From positions 6,385,260-6,449,259 of the forward strand of contig MU058844.1 of assembly GCA_013265495.1 (NCBI GenBank): DNA of 64,000 nucleotides, given 5' to 3'. Under the pieces are notes generated by a model. It was not told the origin of the DNA, ran no database searches, and saw only the letters and a program-made list of their open reading frames with translations. Shown in pieces: positions 26,301 to 38,590 of this stretch (position 1 is its first letter; every line of letters starts with the position of its first letter). The translations under genes were made by a program, and so were the position numbers. The stretch is from Vicugna vicugna (Eukaryota).

Positions 26301-27589
26301 ATTATCAATGGAGCATACATGGATCCTGTCCTCAAAAATGTGAAAACGTGTGTAAGTTGTTTTTTGTTTTTTTTTTTTTCAACAAGAATAAATGTACTTG
26401 ACATATGTACAACTAGTTCTCTCACACAAATACAGCTGAAATTTGTCTTTCTCTGGATAATGTCAGCTGCTGGTAAGAGTGACTACTGTTTTAGATCTGT
26501 AAACATTATTCTGTGGTTACTAATAACCGTTCTACTTAACAGTGTCTGCAGTTATTGTTGACTTGCATTAAACTGTCTCAGGTCCTGGAAACAGGCTGTA
26601 TCACACTGTTATGGGACATTAAATCAACAGCTATTTAATATGTGCTTAGTCTGTGCTTGACTTTTAATATATGTCTATTAGATGTTTCCAGCAACCATGT
26701 AAACATGCTCTTGGTATAATAGTAATTAATTTTGACTATCCAGTTCTGGTTATGGGGATATTTTAAGGGTTGAAGTGTTAATGTTAACGTGTTTGTTTAT
26801 TCAGGGACAAAATACTAAGATTTAACAAATTTGTACTCTTAAAGTTCCTGCCCTAAAATTTGAGACCAAGAAAAATCAGAGTTAATGGTTTAAGCAATAA
26901 TAAAACAAAAGCCTTAAAGTTTAAAATTTTACACTGTTAGAGACCAGCTCTTGCTGAACAGAATTTTTTAAAGATCACAATTCTATGATGTAGCTCTAAG
27001 CTTCTCTACTGACATGTTACTTTAAATCAAACACTTCAGATAAGAAAAAAGAGGATAAACAAAGCCAGATTTTGTTATATGTAGAACAAAAAAGTTTAAC
27101 TTGGCCGCGGTTGTTTATAAAAATCTTGTCTTTATCTTGTTTTTATCTGGGGGAAAAATATATCACCCACAGTGGGACTGAAGTTTGAATATTTTGAATA
27201 GGAAATCTGATAGTCAATTTTTACTTCTACAGTGAAATTTGGAGCAATTGGCATAGACAGTGGTATTGTGGAATTATCTTATTAGAAGATTTTGTAGACA
27301 GGACACCATCATTTACAAGTACGCTTATTAGTTAAAAGTATTGCTACAGTGAATCTAAACAATCTCTTCATTGTGCATTTAGCATCAACAAAATTTTTGC
27401 TTGAACACAATTACATAATATTACTATCAAGTCTTAATAAAGACTCAAGTTTTAATAAAGAGCAGATGTGCTGTTGCCCATACTTTCTCATCACCCATTT
27501 GCTCATTAATTCTGCCAATGTCAGTTCACTCATAGCTTTCCGTGAAAATGTCATGTTGAAGGAGTAGCAGGGATTTAAAAATCCATTAT

Positions 27590-27740
27590 GTCCCAGGCCC
27601 TGGGTTGGTATTTTATATTCACTATCTCATTTAATCCTCATTCCAACTCCGCACCATACCTATCACTCTCATTTTAAAAATGGGGAAATTGAGGCAGTGC
27701 AGTTTAATTATTTGGCCAAAGTTAGGTGATTGTAACATGC
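27590..27740 (-). mobile_element. MIR SINE relic
   Basis: atctcatttaatcctca...cattttaaaaatggggaaattgaggca...ggccaaagtta. Confidence 0.6.
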
Positions 27741-30155
27741 TTGAAACTTTGCTTTACATGACTACGGTTTCTCAAAAAAGAAGAAAATATCTTGCTTAAT
27801 TTTAAGAAATAATGAGAAACAATGTATGCCTCCACTATAATGGTAACATGAAGAAAATCATTATGCAGTAGATGTGAGACGTATATCTGTTTCGCATGCC
27901 TTGGAATGGAAAAAAAAGTTGTCCATTACTGGGAAATAAGGCCTATGGAACTAAAAATAAATAAAACGTACCCATGAAAAACAATATTATTCTTAAATTC
28001 TGTGAGTCGAGGAAATACAAGATATTTCTGTATCTGTACCTTACCTATATATACATATATAAATATATATAACCCTGAATGTGAATTTTTAATTTAAGAG
28101 TTATTTTTTCAGAATATTTTTTCAGACTTTCTTATCCTTTACTTATGTCACTGTCTTTCTGTTTGCCTCTCAAGGTCCTTGTAAACTAGGTGCTACCAGA
28201 ATTTCTGAAATTGTTTGAAGAATACTCCCAGGTTTGAGTGATTTTGGCTGAATTACATGAACACGTACTTTAACAAAATAACATTAATGAGCATCTCCTT
28301 TGAACTTTGCAAAAATGGACATGGGCTCCTAGAGACTACATGAGTTTTTCTTTAAGAAGGTATATGAGGAAAATATATCCGAACTGTATAACTACCTAGA
28401 GTTCCTAAAGGCCAGCTAAAAGTGATACCAGTATACTAGTTAAGGAGTGGACAATTGAACCAAAACTCAATTTATTTTTCTTATATATAGTTTCAGTCCA
28501 AACTGAAAAATATGCAAGTAGGGACATGATTAAACATAACTTTTACTCACTTTTGACCACTTTATGTGACAGAAAATTAAGTTAAATATAAAACATTTCT
28601 AAACATCCAGTGAGGAAATCATTGATTTGCAAATTTAAGTCATGGAATGGAAGGAATAATTTGGAAGTAGCAGAGCTGCCAAAATGGTTGAAATGCTAGT
28701 TAGAGATCTTGGAGTCTTGAAAAAGGGAAATTGCAAATGAGATGCAGGTTAGGAGCAGGGTGGAAGAAAGCTTGGAGAGCAACAAGATGACAAAATGGGG
28801 AGGTACATCCACCAATGAAATACCACTGATTGGTATTATATTCATAAATTATTACAAAATCCTTTATAACTATATTCACCTAATTGAGTTTCCCCACTGT
28901 AGGAGTGAAGAGAGACAGCTGGGGACCACACAGATATGGGTCCCCCCCACATTAAAAATTAACACTGTAATTCATTAACACATCTTTGCATTAGATGAAA
29001 TTTGTTATTAATACTTTCAGAGAGAAAAACTGAAGCTATTTCACATAAGAGATTGTTCATATTTTTGAAATAGCAAAATAATATTAATTTTTGAAAATAA
29101 ATTTAAACACTACTTTTTGAAAAATTTGTAATATTTGCTATATTAATTATGAGGTACAGAGGCTGACTTGTATTTTTAAAAAGCTTAGAATTTTGATATA
29201 TAATTGAACTTGAAATCATCTCTATAACATAATCATGTCTAATATATAAGTGCTCATTAAATGTTCATTGAATAAAACAGCCACATATAACTTCAAAGGT
29301 ACAATTCATTCAGGGTGAATTAAAAGCACTATTATTAATAGCCTTATTTTCAAAAGAGAACCCCTAAAACAAGAGAAACACCTTTTCTTTCCTTTCAGTG
29401 TTTGCCCATAAATATACTAGAGTTCTCTTCAAAACATGCATTGCTTTCTTCAGTAAAGACTGCAGGCCTGGTTCTCTAATTAATATTCTGCATGAGAATA
29501 ATCAGATTTAAAACCAAGGCCTCTTTTTACACAGCCCTGTAAACTGAAAAACTTAAATTTCTTTTAATAAGGACAGCTGCCTAGCAGGTTATTCCTTTGT
29601 TTTTCCTGGAATAACATTTTATATTTGTACAAAACTTCATAGACTTTACTAATTATTTCAGGATAAACTATTTATTAAGTTACCTTGTACCTATAGGTCT
29701 ATAGCCAGTTCTGTCTTTAATTTAAAATTTAAAAACAACTTCTTTCTAAAAAGTAACTATCTAACTAAAGATTAAGCTAAAGATTATTTCCAAATACCAC
29801 CCTATGAAAAGTTGACTGGGTTTGCAATAGGAAATTTTTTTCTCTTTCTAAAAAAAAGAAATGTATTGGTATATTAAGATATCTACTACTAAATATTTAC
29901 CATAAAATATTCTTAAGCCAAATTATTTCAGTATGCACATTGAGTTTCAGAATCACATCTAGATTTTTAAAATTAAACTTGATTTTTATAAAATAGCTGT
30001 CATTTCTCCTGGATGATGGAATTTTCTGATCTTTATTTGGAAAATATTTTTTAAAAGATTTATTTATTCCCCATCTCAGTTGACTGTACCTAGCTGAAGT
30101 AATTAGAGATAATTTAAACAATGTTTGAAATCAGGATCGCTTAGAGGTATTCTGG

Positions 30156-31828
30156 GAGATTGAATCAAGATGGCAGAGTAGCAGGACCATGAACTCACCT
30201 CTCCTCGCAAATACAACAAAAACACAACTGACTTCTGAACAGCCATAGAGAAAAAAGACTGGAGCCTAGCAAAAGAGATTTGCTTCAACTAGAAACATTG
30301 AGACAGAATCACAACAGGAAGGTAGGAAGGGTGTGCTCACGATATCGCCAGGCCCCTACCCCCTGGGTGGGCAACCCACAAGCTGAAGAACAGTTAAGTC
30401 ACAGAGGTGCTCCCACAGGAGTGAGAGTTCTGAGCCTCACATCAGGCTCTCCAAATCAGGGTTCCAGCAGTAGGAGGAGGAGAGCCCAGGACATCTAGTT
30501 TTGAAGGCCAGTGGGGCTTAACTTCAGGAGCCCCACAGGACGGGGAGAGACAGAGACTTAGCTCTCTTGGGAGGCGTGCATGGGATCTCGCGTGCACCAG
30601 GTCCAGGGGCAGAGACAGTGATTGCATAGGAACTTGGGCCAGACCTGTCTCCTGGTTTTGGAAGTTCTCCTGGGGAGTTAGGGGACTGCTGCAGCTCACC
30701 CAGGGGACATAGAAGCTGGTGGCAGACATTCTGGGAGTGTTCATCTACATGAGCTTCCCTGGAGGCTCACATCTTGATTGGATCAATATCACCCAGATCC
30801 AGCCCCGCCTAACAGCCTGTAGGCTGGGAACCCTCAGGCCAAACCACATACTGGGTGGAAACACACCCTCACCCATCAGCAGACTTTTTGAGCTGCAAAT
30901 GCCTCTAGGCTGGGTCCTACCCACCAGAGGTCCAGGCTGAGCTTCACCCAGCAGTGGGCAGACACTGACCTCTCCTGCCAGGAAACCTTCATAAGCCTCT
31001 AGCCCAGCCTCATCCACCAGGGGCAGGTACCAGAAATAAGAAAACAATAGCCCCAAGCCTGTGGAAGGAATCCACAAACACAGGCCAGAGCCTACACTGG
31101 GACCAGCTCGATCCTGCCCCTTGGGTGACAAGAGAGGAGTTGTATTGCTAGGACGCATAGGACATCTCCCACAGAGAGCCACTTCTCCAAGGTCGAGAAT
31201 CATAACTAGCCCATCTAAAAACACAAAGAGAAAGACAGATAAAATGAGGTGGCAGAGGAATATCCTCCAGGACAAGGCACAAGATAAAATCACAGAAGAA
31301 GAAATAAGTGATGAGGAAATAGGCAATTTATCCAAGAGTTTAGAATGATGATGGTGAAGATGTTCAGAGAACTCAAGAGAAGTATAGGTGCACAGAGTGA
31401 AGTTTTTAGCAAAGAGCTGGAAAATATAAAGGATATACTCAGAGTTGAAGAATAAAATTATTGAAATGAGTAACACACTAGAAGGAGCCAAGAATATACT
31501 AAACGGGGCAGAAGAACGGATTAGTGAGCTAGAAGACAGAATAGTGGAAATCACCATTGCAGAACAGAAAAAAGAATGAAAACAAATGAGGATAATTTAA
31601 GAGAACTCTGGCACAATCTGAAGCACACTAATATTCACATTATAGGGGTCCCAGAAAACGAAGAAAGGGAGAAAGGACCTGAGAAAATTTTTGAAGAGAT
31701 AGTAGCTGAAAACTTCCCTAACTTGGGAAAGGAAACACTCACCCAAGTCCAGGAAGCTCAGAGAGTCCCACACAGGATCAACCCAAAGAGGAATACACCA
31801 AGGCACTTACTAATTAAATTCACAAAAA
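30156..31828 (+). mobile_element. LINE-1 5' portion: 5'UTR plus disrupted, 3'-truncated ORF1; flanked by TSD
   Basis: Starts ...caagatggcagagtag (L1 5' end). ORF1 ATG at 31244 (MRWQRN...), frameshifted, then ...LRELWHNLKHTNIHIIGVPENEEREKGPEKIFEEIVAENFPNL...INPKRNTPRHLLIKFTK. TSD TTAGAGGTATTCTGG (30141-30155) / TTAGAAGTATTCTGG (31829-31843). Confidence 0.93.
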
Positions 31829-31920
31829 TTAGAAGTATTCTGGCGTGTAGAAAATGTTCAGTTACAAACATGATTTTCATAATGATAAAACATCAGAAAT
31901 AATAGTTTGTTGCTTTTTAA

Positions 31921-32815
31921 AATTTCTAATACAATTTTTTAAAAGTTATACTCCATTTAAATATTAGCTATATTCCCTGTGCTATATAGTACATCCTTGT
32001 GGCCTACTTTATACCCAATAGTATGTACCTCCCACTGCCCCACCCTTCTATGGCCCACCCCGCCTTCCCATTGGTAACCACTAGTTCTCTGTATCTATGA
32101 ATCAACTTCTTTTTTGTTATATTCACTAGTTTGTTGTATTTTTTAGATTCCACATGTAAGTAATATACAGTGTTCGTCTTTCTCTCTGATTTATTTCACT
32201 TAGCATAATGCCCTTCAAGTCCATCTTTGTTGCTGCAAATGGCAAAATTTTGTTCTTTTCAATGGTTGAGTGGTATTCCATTGTTTATATATATACCACA
32301 TCTTCTTTATCCATTCATCTGCTGATGGACACTTAGGTTGCTTCCATATCTTGGCTATTGTAAAGAATGCTGCTATGAATATTGGAGTGCATGTATCTTT
32401 ACAAATTAGTGGTTTTTCTCAAATACTTATATACCCAGGAGTGAAATTGCTGGGTCATATGGTAGTTGTATTTTTAGTTTTTTGAGAAGTATCTGTTCTG
32501 TTTTCCATAGTGGCTGCACCAATTTACATTTGTACCAACAGTGTAGGAGGGTTCCCTTTTCTCCACATCCTTGCCGACATTTGTCTTTCTAGACTTTTTT
32601 GTAGACTTTTTGATGACAGCCATTCTGACAGGTGTAAGGTAATATCTCATTGTTGTCTTGGGTTGCATTTCCGTTATGATTAGCAGTGTTGGGCATCCTT
32701 TCATGTCACTGTTGGCTATCTGCATATCCTCTTTGGAAAAATGTCTATTCAGTTCTTCTGCCATTTTTTAATCCAGTTATTTTTTTTATGTTAAGTTGCA
32801 TGAACTGTTTATATA
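31921..32815 (-). mobile_element. 5'-truncated LINE-1 (ORF2 C-terminus plus 3'UTR)
   Basis: Minus ORF fragment ...[17 protein letters not shown]...[17 protein letters not shown]... is the L1 ORF2 end. Direct repeat TGTTGCTTTTTAA at 31908-31920 and 32816-32828 gives a TT/AAAA endonuclease site on minus. Confidence 0.93.
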
Positions 32816-33849
32816 TGTTGCTTTTTAATTGGAAAGTTGTCATATATAAAGTTTTATTATTCTAGTTGCAGAATTATGGAATTTTAAAGCTGTAAGAACT
32901 CTTGGATATTATTTATAATTGTTTTTCTCCCCCTCCCACTTTTCTACATGAGCACAAAATACATATTTATATATTCATGTAATTTTTACCATGATATTTT
33001 CTAAATGGACAAACCAACCCTGAAGTATCTCATCTAGGCTCACAAAAAAATATATATATGAAAAATGAGATTCAAACTGAAGTCTGGCCTACTCCAAATT
33101 TTCTTTCCATTGTTCAAGGCTGCCTTTTACCTCTAGGCCACAAACAAGCTGGCAAGGAGCCAAGGAAGGACTAGACATTGATTTCCCAATCTCTTAACAC
33201 ATCCTCTTCCCAATACCACACTGTCTCCCACTGTGTTTAAAAATGCAATTGGCATTTCAATCACCCCTCACCTCTGTACTTCATGATTCCAGTGTAGTGA
33301 GGGCTATACTATACTTTATTAAATTCCCTACTTAATTGTTTCCCCTAGTTTATAGTTTTATAGGCTGGAAATAGTTTATAAAACTTTGAAGAAAGAAAGA
33401 AAGAATAATGGGAAAACATTATCTTAACAATTTGAGGTCTTCTTATGCTTTTCCTCAATTTTAAAATTTTTTTGCAATTTTTCTCACTTAAATATGCTTT
33501 TTGCCTAAGATGCCCTGAGTAAAATACGAGGCCTCAATTTGGTCCAAGCTGTGCATCTCTTCCGAAGAGAACAGTGAGTCCAATTTTTTTTATAAGAGTT
33601 CTTTCATCCATATACTTACAATTCATACACATATATACATGATAATATTCAGAGAGTACTGATTAAGTATATTCATACGTCAGTTATCTATGTATTTGCC
33701 TCTTAGCAATGAATACATCCTTCATGACATGTTTTTTGATAAAAGAGTTCCTTTAAGTATTTCTCCTTTAAAGTGAGAAAAGTGTGAAGCTTTCTCAGTA
33801 GAGGGTACCGAAGAGGCACTGCCGGGGGAAGAGGCTTTGCAATTTCTGG

Positions 33850-34340
33850 CCTAGGTGGGGGTGGCGGGTTTGAGACCCTCTGATCCAGCATGTCTAAGCC
33901 ACAGGCCTAGAACAAAATCCATCTGCAACCTTGCAGCTTCAACCAGACATCACCGGTGTGCTCTCTCCACAGGGAAACCAAAGCTGCCCACCTCCTGCCC
34001 ATTTCCAGTCCACTCTCACTGTGTGCTCGTGCTGCCTGTTGCTCATGACCTTCCTTTACTCTAGAGAGTCGCCTACTGTTTGCCCAGTAACGTCAGACCA
34101 GCTTTGGTCTGGCTAAACCAAGGAACTTCTCAGCTATTTGTTGGCCAAACCACACCTTCTCCAATGAGGTCTGAACTCCTTCCAAGTTTGTCTTCCTCAG
34201 GTGCTCTTCCTCAGCCCTAGGGTACCATATAGAGTTTCCTTATATTTTATAGCTGCTCCTTTAGTACAGATAATACTTCAAATTTCCCTGTTTAACCTAC
34301 TGTATGATAGCTATCTCCTGATTGGACCCAGAATGTCACA
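33850..34340 (+). mobile_element. Probable old ERVL-class LTR relic
   Basis: Ends ...ctatctcctgattggacccagaatgtcaca, resembling an ERVL LTR 3' end; 5' boundary uncertain. Confidence 0.4.
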
Positions 34341-35574
34341 GTATATATTTATGTAGATTATAAACTCCAGGAAGGCCAGACTTTCCTCTGTGTGATGCAG
34401 TAGGCCTTCGAGGAACACGTCATAAACATGTTTGAATGAACAAATGACAGGACTGGTTTCATGTAGGCTAGATCCATGGGAACTTGCATCTTGTGACTGG
34501 GCTGTTTGAAAGACTCACCAGGAAGGAAATCCTTACGATTTAGATAGATTGTGCTAGTTAACGATAATGGTACCAGGATTTTGAGCAGGTCAGATACTCT
34601 TAGAAGCTTTGGCAGATACTGCTGAATGTCTACCAAACAGTAAATCTTTCACCCTCCTCCTCTGTCAGTACCACCTGCCTCCCAGTATGGAACATGAAAG
34701 TGTTCAATATTTACTTTTCTAGTTCTTATGCAGTGAGAGGATGGTCATACTCATTCATTCATTCATCTATTAATTCACTCATTAAATATATATCGAAGAG
34801 CCACTCGCCAGGGAGTTGGTCTAGGTATCTAGGATAGTTCATGAAATTCCCTGCCCTCCTGGTACATACACACTGGCAGGGGAGGAGGATAAACAAGAAA
34901 TATAAAAAAATTAGTACCACATTGTTGTGGCCGACAGAATCTGAAAGAAAGTCTGTTTAGATTTTCCTTGCTGATAGAGGCGAAGTCCTTGCTAAGTCCT
35001 TCAAAATTCCATCTTCATGCTGATTGAATTCCATAATAGAATGTTATTTATAATATACTACAGCCTTTCTTTAATATTTTAACCATCTATTAGTATAAAT
35101 CTCATATATACAGTTTGGAGAGAAGGCCATAAAATGTTAATGGAAATGTTTTCCCTTGTTCTAGAGAAGACAATATCCATTGAGAAATAAGGTGATATGA
35201 ATGTATGATACAGGAGAAAAGCAACAATGGCTGATGAATACATTTATCTTCTAAATTTAAGTGCTTACTATGTGCTAGGCACATATTCATCTTTGTACTT
35301 AAAAATATCATAATTTATAATAGTGTCTTTTTGTTCCATCTTTAAATTGAGACAGATAGAAGCAAAAACTTACGATGCAAACAAGCTGGACGGGAAACAG
35401 TGGATACCTTTCCTTTACACAAGGACTCAGAAGACCCAGATTTGAGTCTTTCTGCCTCCTTAACTCTGGACAATTTATTTATAAAATTAAATTCTAAATC
35501 CCACCTATTCTGAAGTAAGTCTCAGGCAATAACTGGCAAAGAACACCCTTCTGAGCTTTTCTTTTCATCTTTTT

Positions 35575-36580
35575 CTTTTTTTCCCATTTTTATTTTTGTT
35601 TTCAGAGCAGTTTCAGGTTCACAGAAAAACAGGGAAAGGCATAGAGCTTTCCCATATCCCTCTTGCCCCTGCACATGCACAGCCTCCCTCATTATCAACA
35701 CCCTCCCCAGAGAGGTACCTTTGTTACAACTGATGAAAATAAGTTGACAAAGTTTAATCACCCAAAGTCCATAGTTTACAATACAGTTTACTCCTGGTGT
35801 TTGGTTCTGTACATTTTGTGGGTCTGGAAAAATGTATGATGAATGATATGTATTCATCATTATAGTATTATTACACAGAGTATTTTCACTGCTTAAAAAT
35901 CCTGTGCTCAACCTATTCATCTTCCACCCCCACCCCCAACAACCACTGTCATTTTTACTCTTTCCAGAGTTTTGCCTTTACAAGACTATCAATCACATAG
36001 TTGGAATCACACAGTATGTAGCCTTTTCAGGTTGACTTTTTCCACTTAGTAATATGCATTTAAGTTTCCTTCATATCTTTTCATGGCTTGGTAGCTCATT
36101 TCTTTTTAGCTCTGAGTAATATTCTATTACCTGGATGTACTACAGATTATTTAGCAGCAATTCAGCCTCTAAAGGACATCTTCGTTTATTCCAAATTTTG
36201 GCAGTTATGAATAAAGCTGCTATAAACGTCCATGTGCAGGTTTTTGTATTGACGTAAGTTTTCAGTTCCTTTGGGTAAATACCAAGGAGCACAACTGCTG
36301 GGTCATATGGTAAGAAAACGTTTAATTTCGTAAGAAACTAAGTGGCTCTGCCAGTTTGCATTTCTACCAGCAAAGAATAGAGTTCCTGTTGCTCCACATC
36401 CTTGCTAGCATCTGGTATTGTCAGTGTTCTAAATTTTGGTCATTCTAATAGGTGCGTAGTGGTATCTCACTTTAATTTGCACTGCCCTTTATAGTAAGTA
36501 TTGAAGTGGGTGTGCTGGTTTTCCAACTTTGTTCTTCTCGTTCGATGCTCTGTTGGCTATTCTAAGTCTTGTACCTCTCC
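35575..36580 (-). mobile_element. Old LINE-1 3' end (L1MB/L1MC-like)
   Basis: agagcagtttcaggttcacagaaaaa...catagttggaatcacacagtatgtagccttttcag...tatgaataaagctgctataaac...gttcctgttgctccacatcct. Confidence 0.85.
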
Positions 36581-38389
36581 ATCCCTGTACTTTCTTATCA
36601 ACTTGCATAGTGCTGTGCTTATTGTAGGCACATAACTGCTTGCACCCATGTTGCACGCATGATGTGGTTTACCCACAGATACATGTAATACTGATTAATT
36701 TTACGTTTACTCAGTGAAGGCTTATAAATACATGCTATGTGAATATACTGCAGTTACATACAAATTAGATATCCATATATTTGTATTTGTACATATATAC
36801 ATACAGACATACACAAATATACATGCTAACAATTCTTAATTTGCATATTTAAATTATGTTAATATAATGCGCTTAGTAAATCTGGAGTAAACTTTAATGG
36901 ACATCTTTGAAATCAATTTTTGCTTTAGTCTCTCAATCTCCATAGACTCTTGGGTACTGACATTTTGTAAACTACGTATTTCACTTTGCACTTTTATAAG
37001 ATAAGAGCTGTAAAATTACTTGTCAATATATTGGAGGCATGGTATAATGTTAGATTGAGTCAGAATGTCTTTCTTCAACTTATTTTGGGCTTTCTAAAAC
37101 AATAAGTTATTTTTAGAAATCCTCATTAGTTACTATCAGTCTGATTTCTCTACTTACTTTCAACCTTACGTGAAACGAGGTTTCATTTTAAATCTAACTT
37201 TATTTTACATTAATTCAGTATGTAGAACCTCTGGTCCAGACAGACTCCTCAATGTTCCATAAACATATGTTTATATTTTACCCTTTTCTCTTATTTAGAT
37301 GTTTTTTTCTTCCATTGTTTTTCCTTACTTAAATCTCAAATGTCGTTCTAAGTACAAATCAAGTACATTGCACTCCAACAACATTAGTTGCATTACTTCT
37401 GAAAAATAATTTTTCCATATTCAGAAAATTCAGTACCATATTAAAAGGGCTTACATTTTATGAGAATTCAGACATGCTCAAAGAAGAATCTGATTTCATG
37501 CTGACTATGAACTATTACAGAGGTACGTGAATTCTTAATCCCTGGCTAACTTTGAAAATGGAGTATGAAGTACAGAGATGATGAGAAGAAGGCAAATGGA
37601 AACCTGAATTAGGTACATAGTGAGCAATGATCAGTCAATAAATGGCTCTTGAATGAATGAATAAATAAGATGAACTAGATTATGTTCTATTATTAACTAC
37701 GCTACACATTTTAGCACATGGAAACATAGAAGGCAATACGGTGCTGGGTTTGGAATAAGAAAAGGTGAATTCAAGTTGCTGCTTTCCCTTGCTAAGTTTT
37801 TTGTGCCAAAGGCAAGTTAAATAAACTCTCCAAGTCTCATTTATATTAGCTATCAAAGAAAAATAATCATTATAAATAAGAAAAGATAATTGAAAGAAAT
37901 TGGTTAAGCTATAAATTGCTAGGGCAATGGAATTGTTATTATTGTAATGCATCCTTTATTTTAAGTATTAAATAGAAAATTAATTGAGAAAATCAAAACT
38001 ATTTAAGGAAATCAAATATTTTGTCTAAATACTGTCTAAATGAGGCAGTTTCTTGGCATAGTCATTTTATAAATGGCACATTGCTTAAAAAGAATATGAC
38101 CTCTTTCATTTCTATTCAAATCATAAGATAGAATAGAAAATTAGGTAGCAGGAGACTGCCTTGACTTCCTCTAAGAGAACAATAAGACCTAAAAGGAAAT
38201 GGATAGAAAACTTAGGATAATTCTCCAAGAAACGACAGTATTGCTTGAGACAGGTGGCAGGCGGTAAGTACGCTGGTTCTGTTATTATTTGGCACACAGA
38301 AAAGGAAGACTCTGAGGTTGTTTAGAATTATGCAACAGTAACAAAACATACAACAATAACAAACAATATAAATAATAAGGACTATTCTT

Positions 38390-38590
38390 AAAACCCTTAC
38401 TTATTGCTGGGCAATATATCACATACTTTACCTTCATTTTTTCTTATTTCTTCTTAAAACTCTATGAGATAGACATTATATTCGCGTTTTACAGATAGTA
38501 AACTCATTCTTAGAGGTGAAGTAATTTACCCGAGCTCACACAACTTACATGTGATGGCGGCATGGGGATTTTAAACCTGAATTTATCTGA
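38390..38590 (-). mobile_element. MIR SINE relic
   Basis: aactctatgagatag...ttttacagatagtaaact...agaggtgaagtaatttacccgagctcacacaact. Confidence 0.65.

Noticed and set aside
30745..31557. 270-aa minus-strand ORF
   Set aside because: Antisense shadow of the L1 5'UTR/ORF1; Ser/Leu-rich with no independent support.
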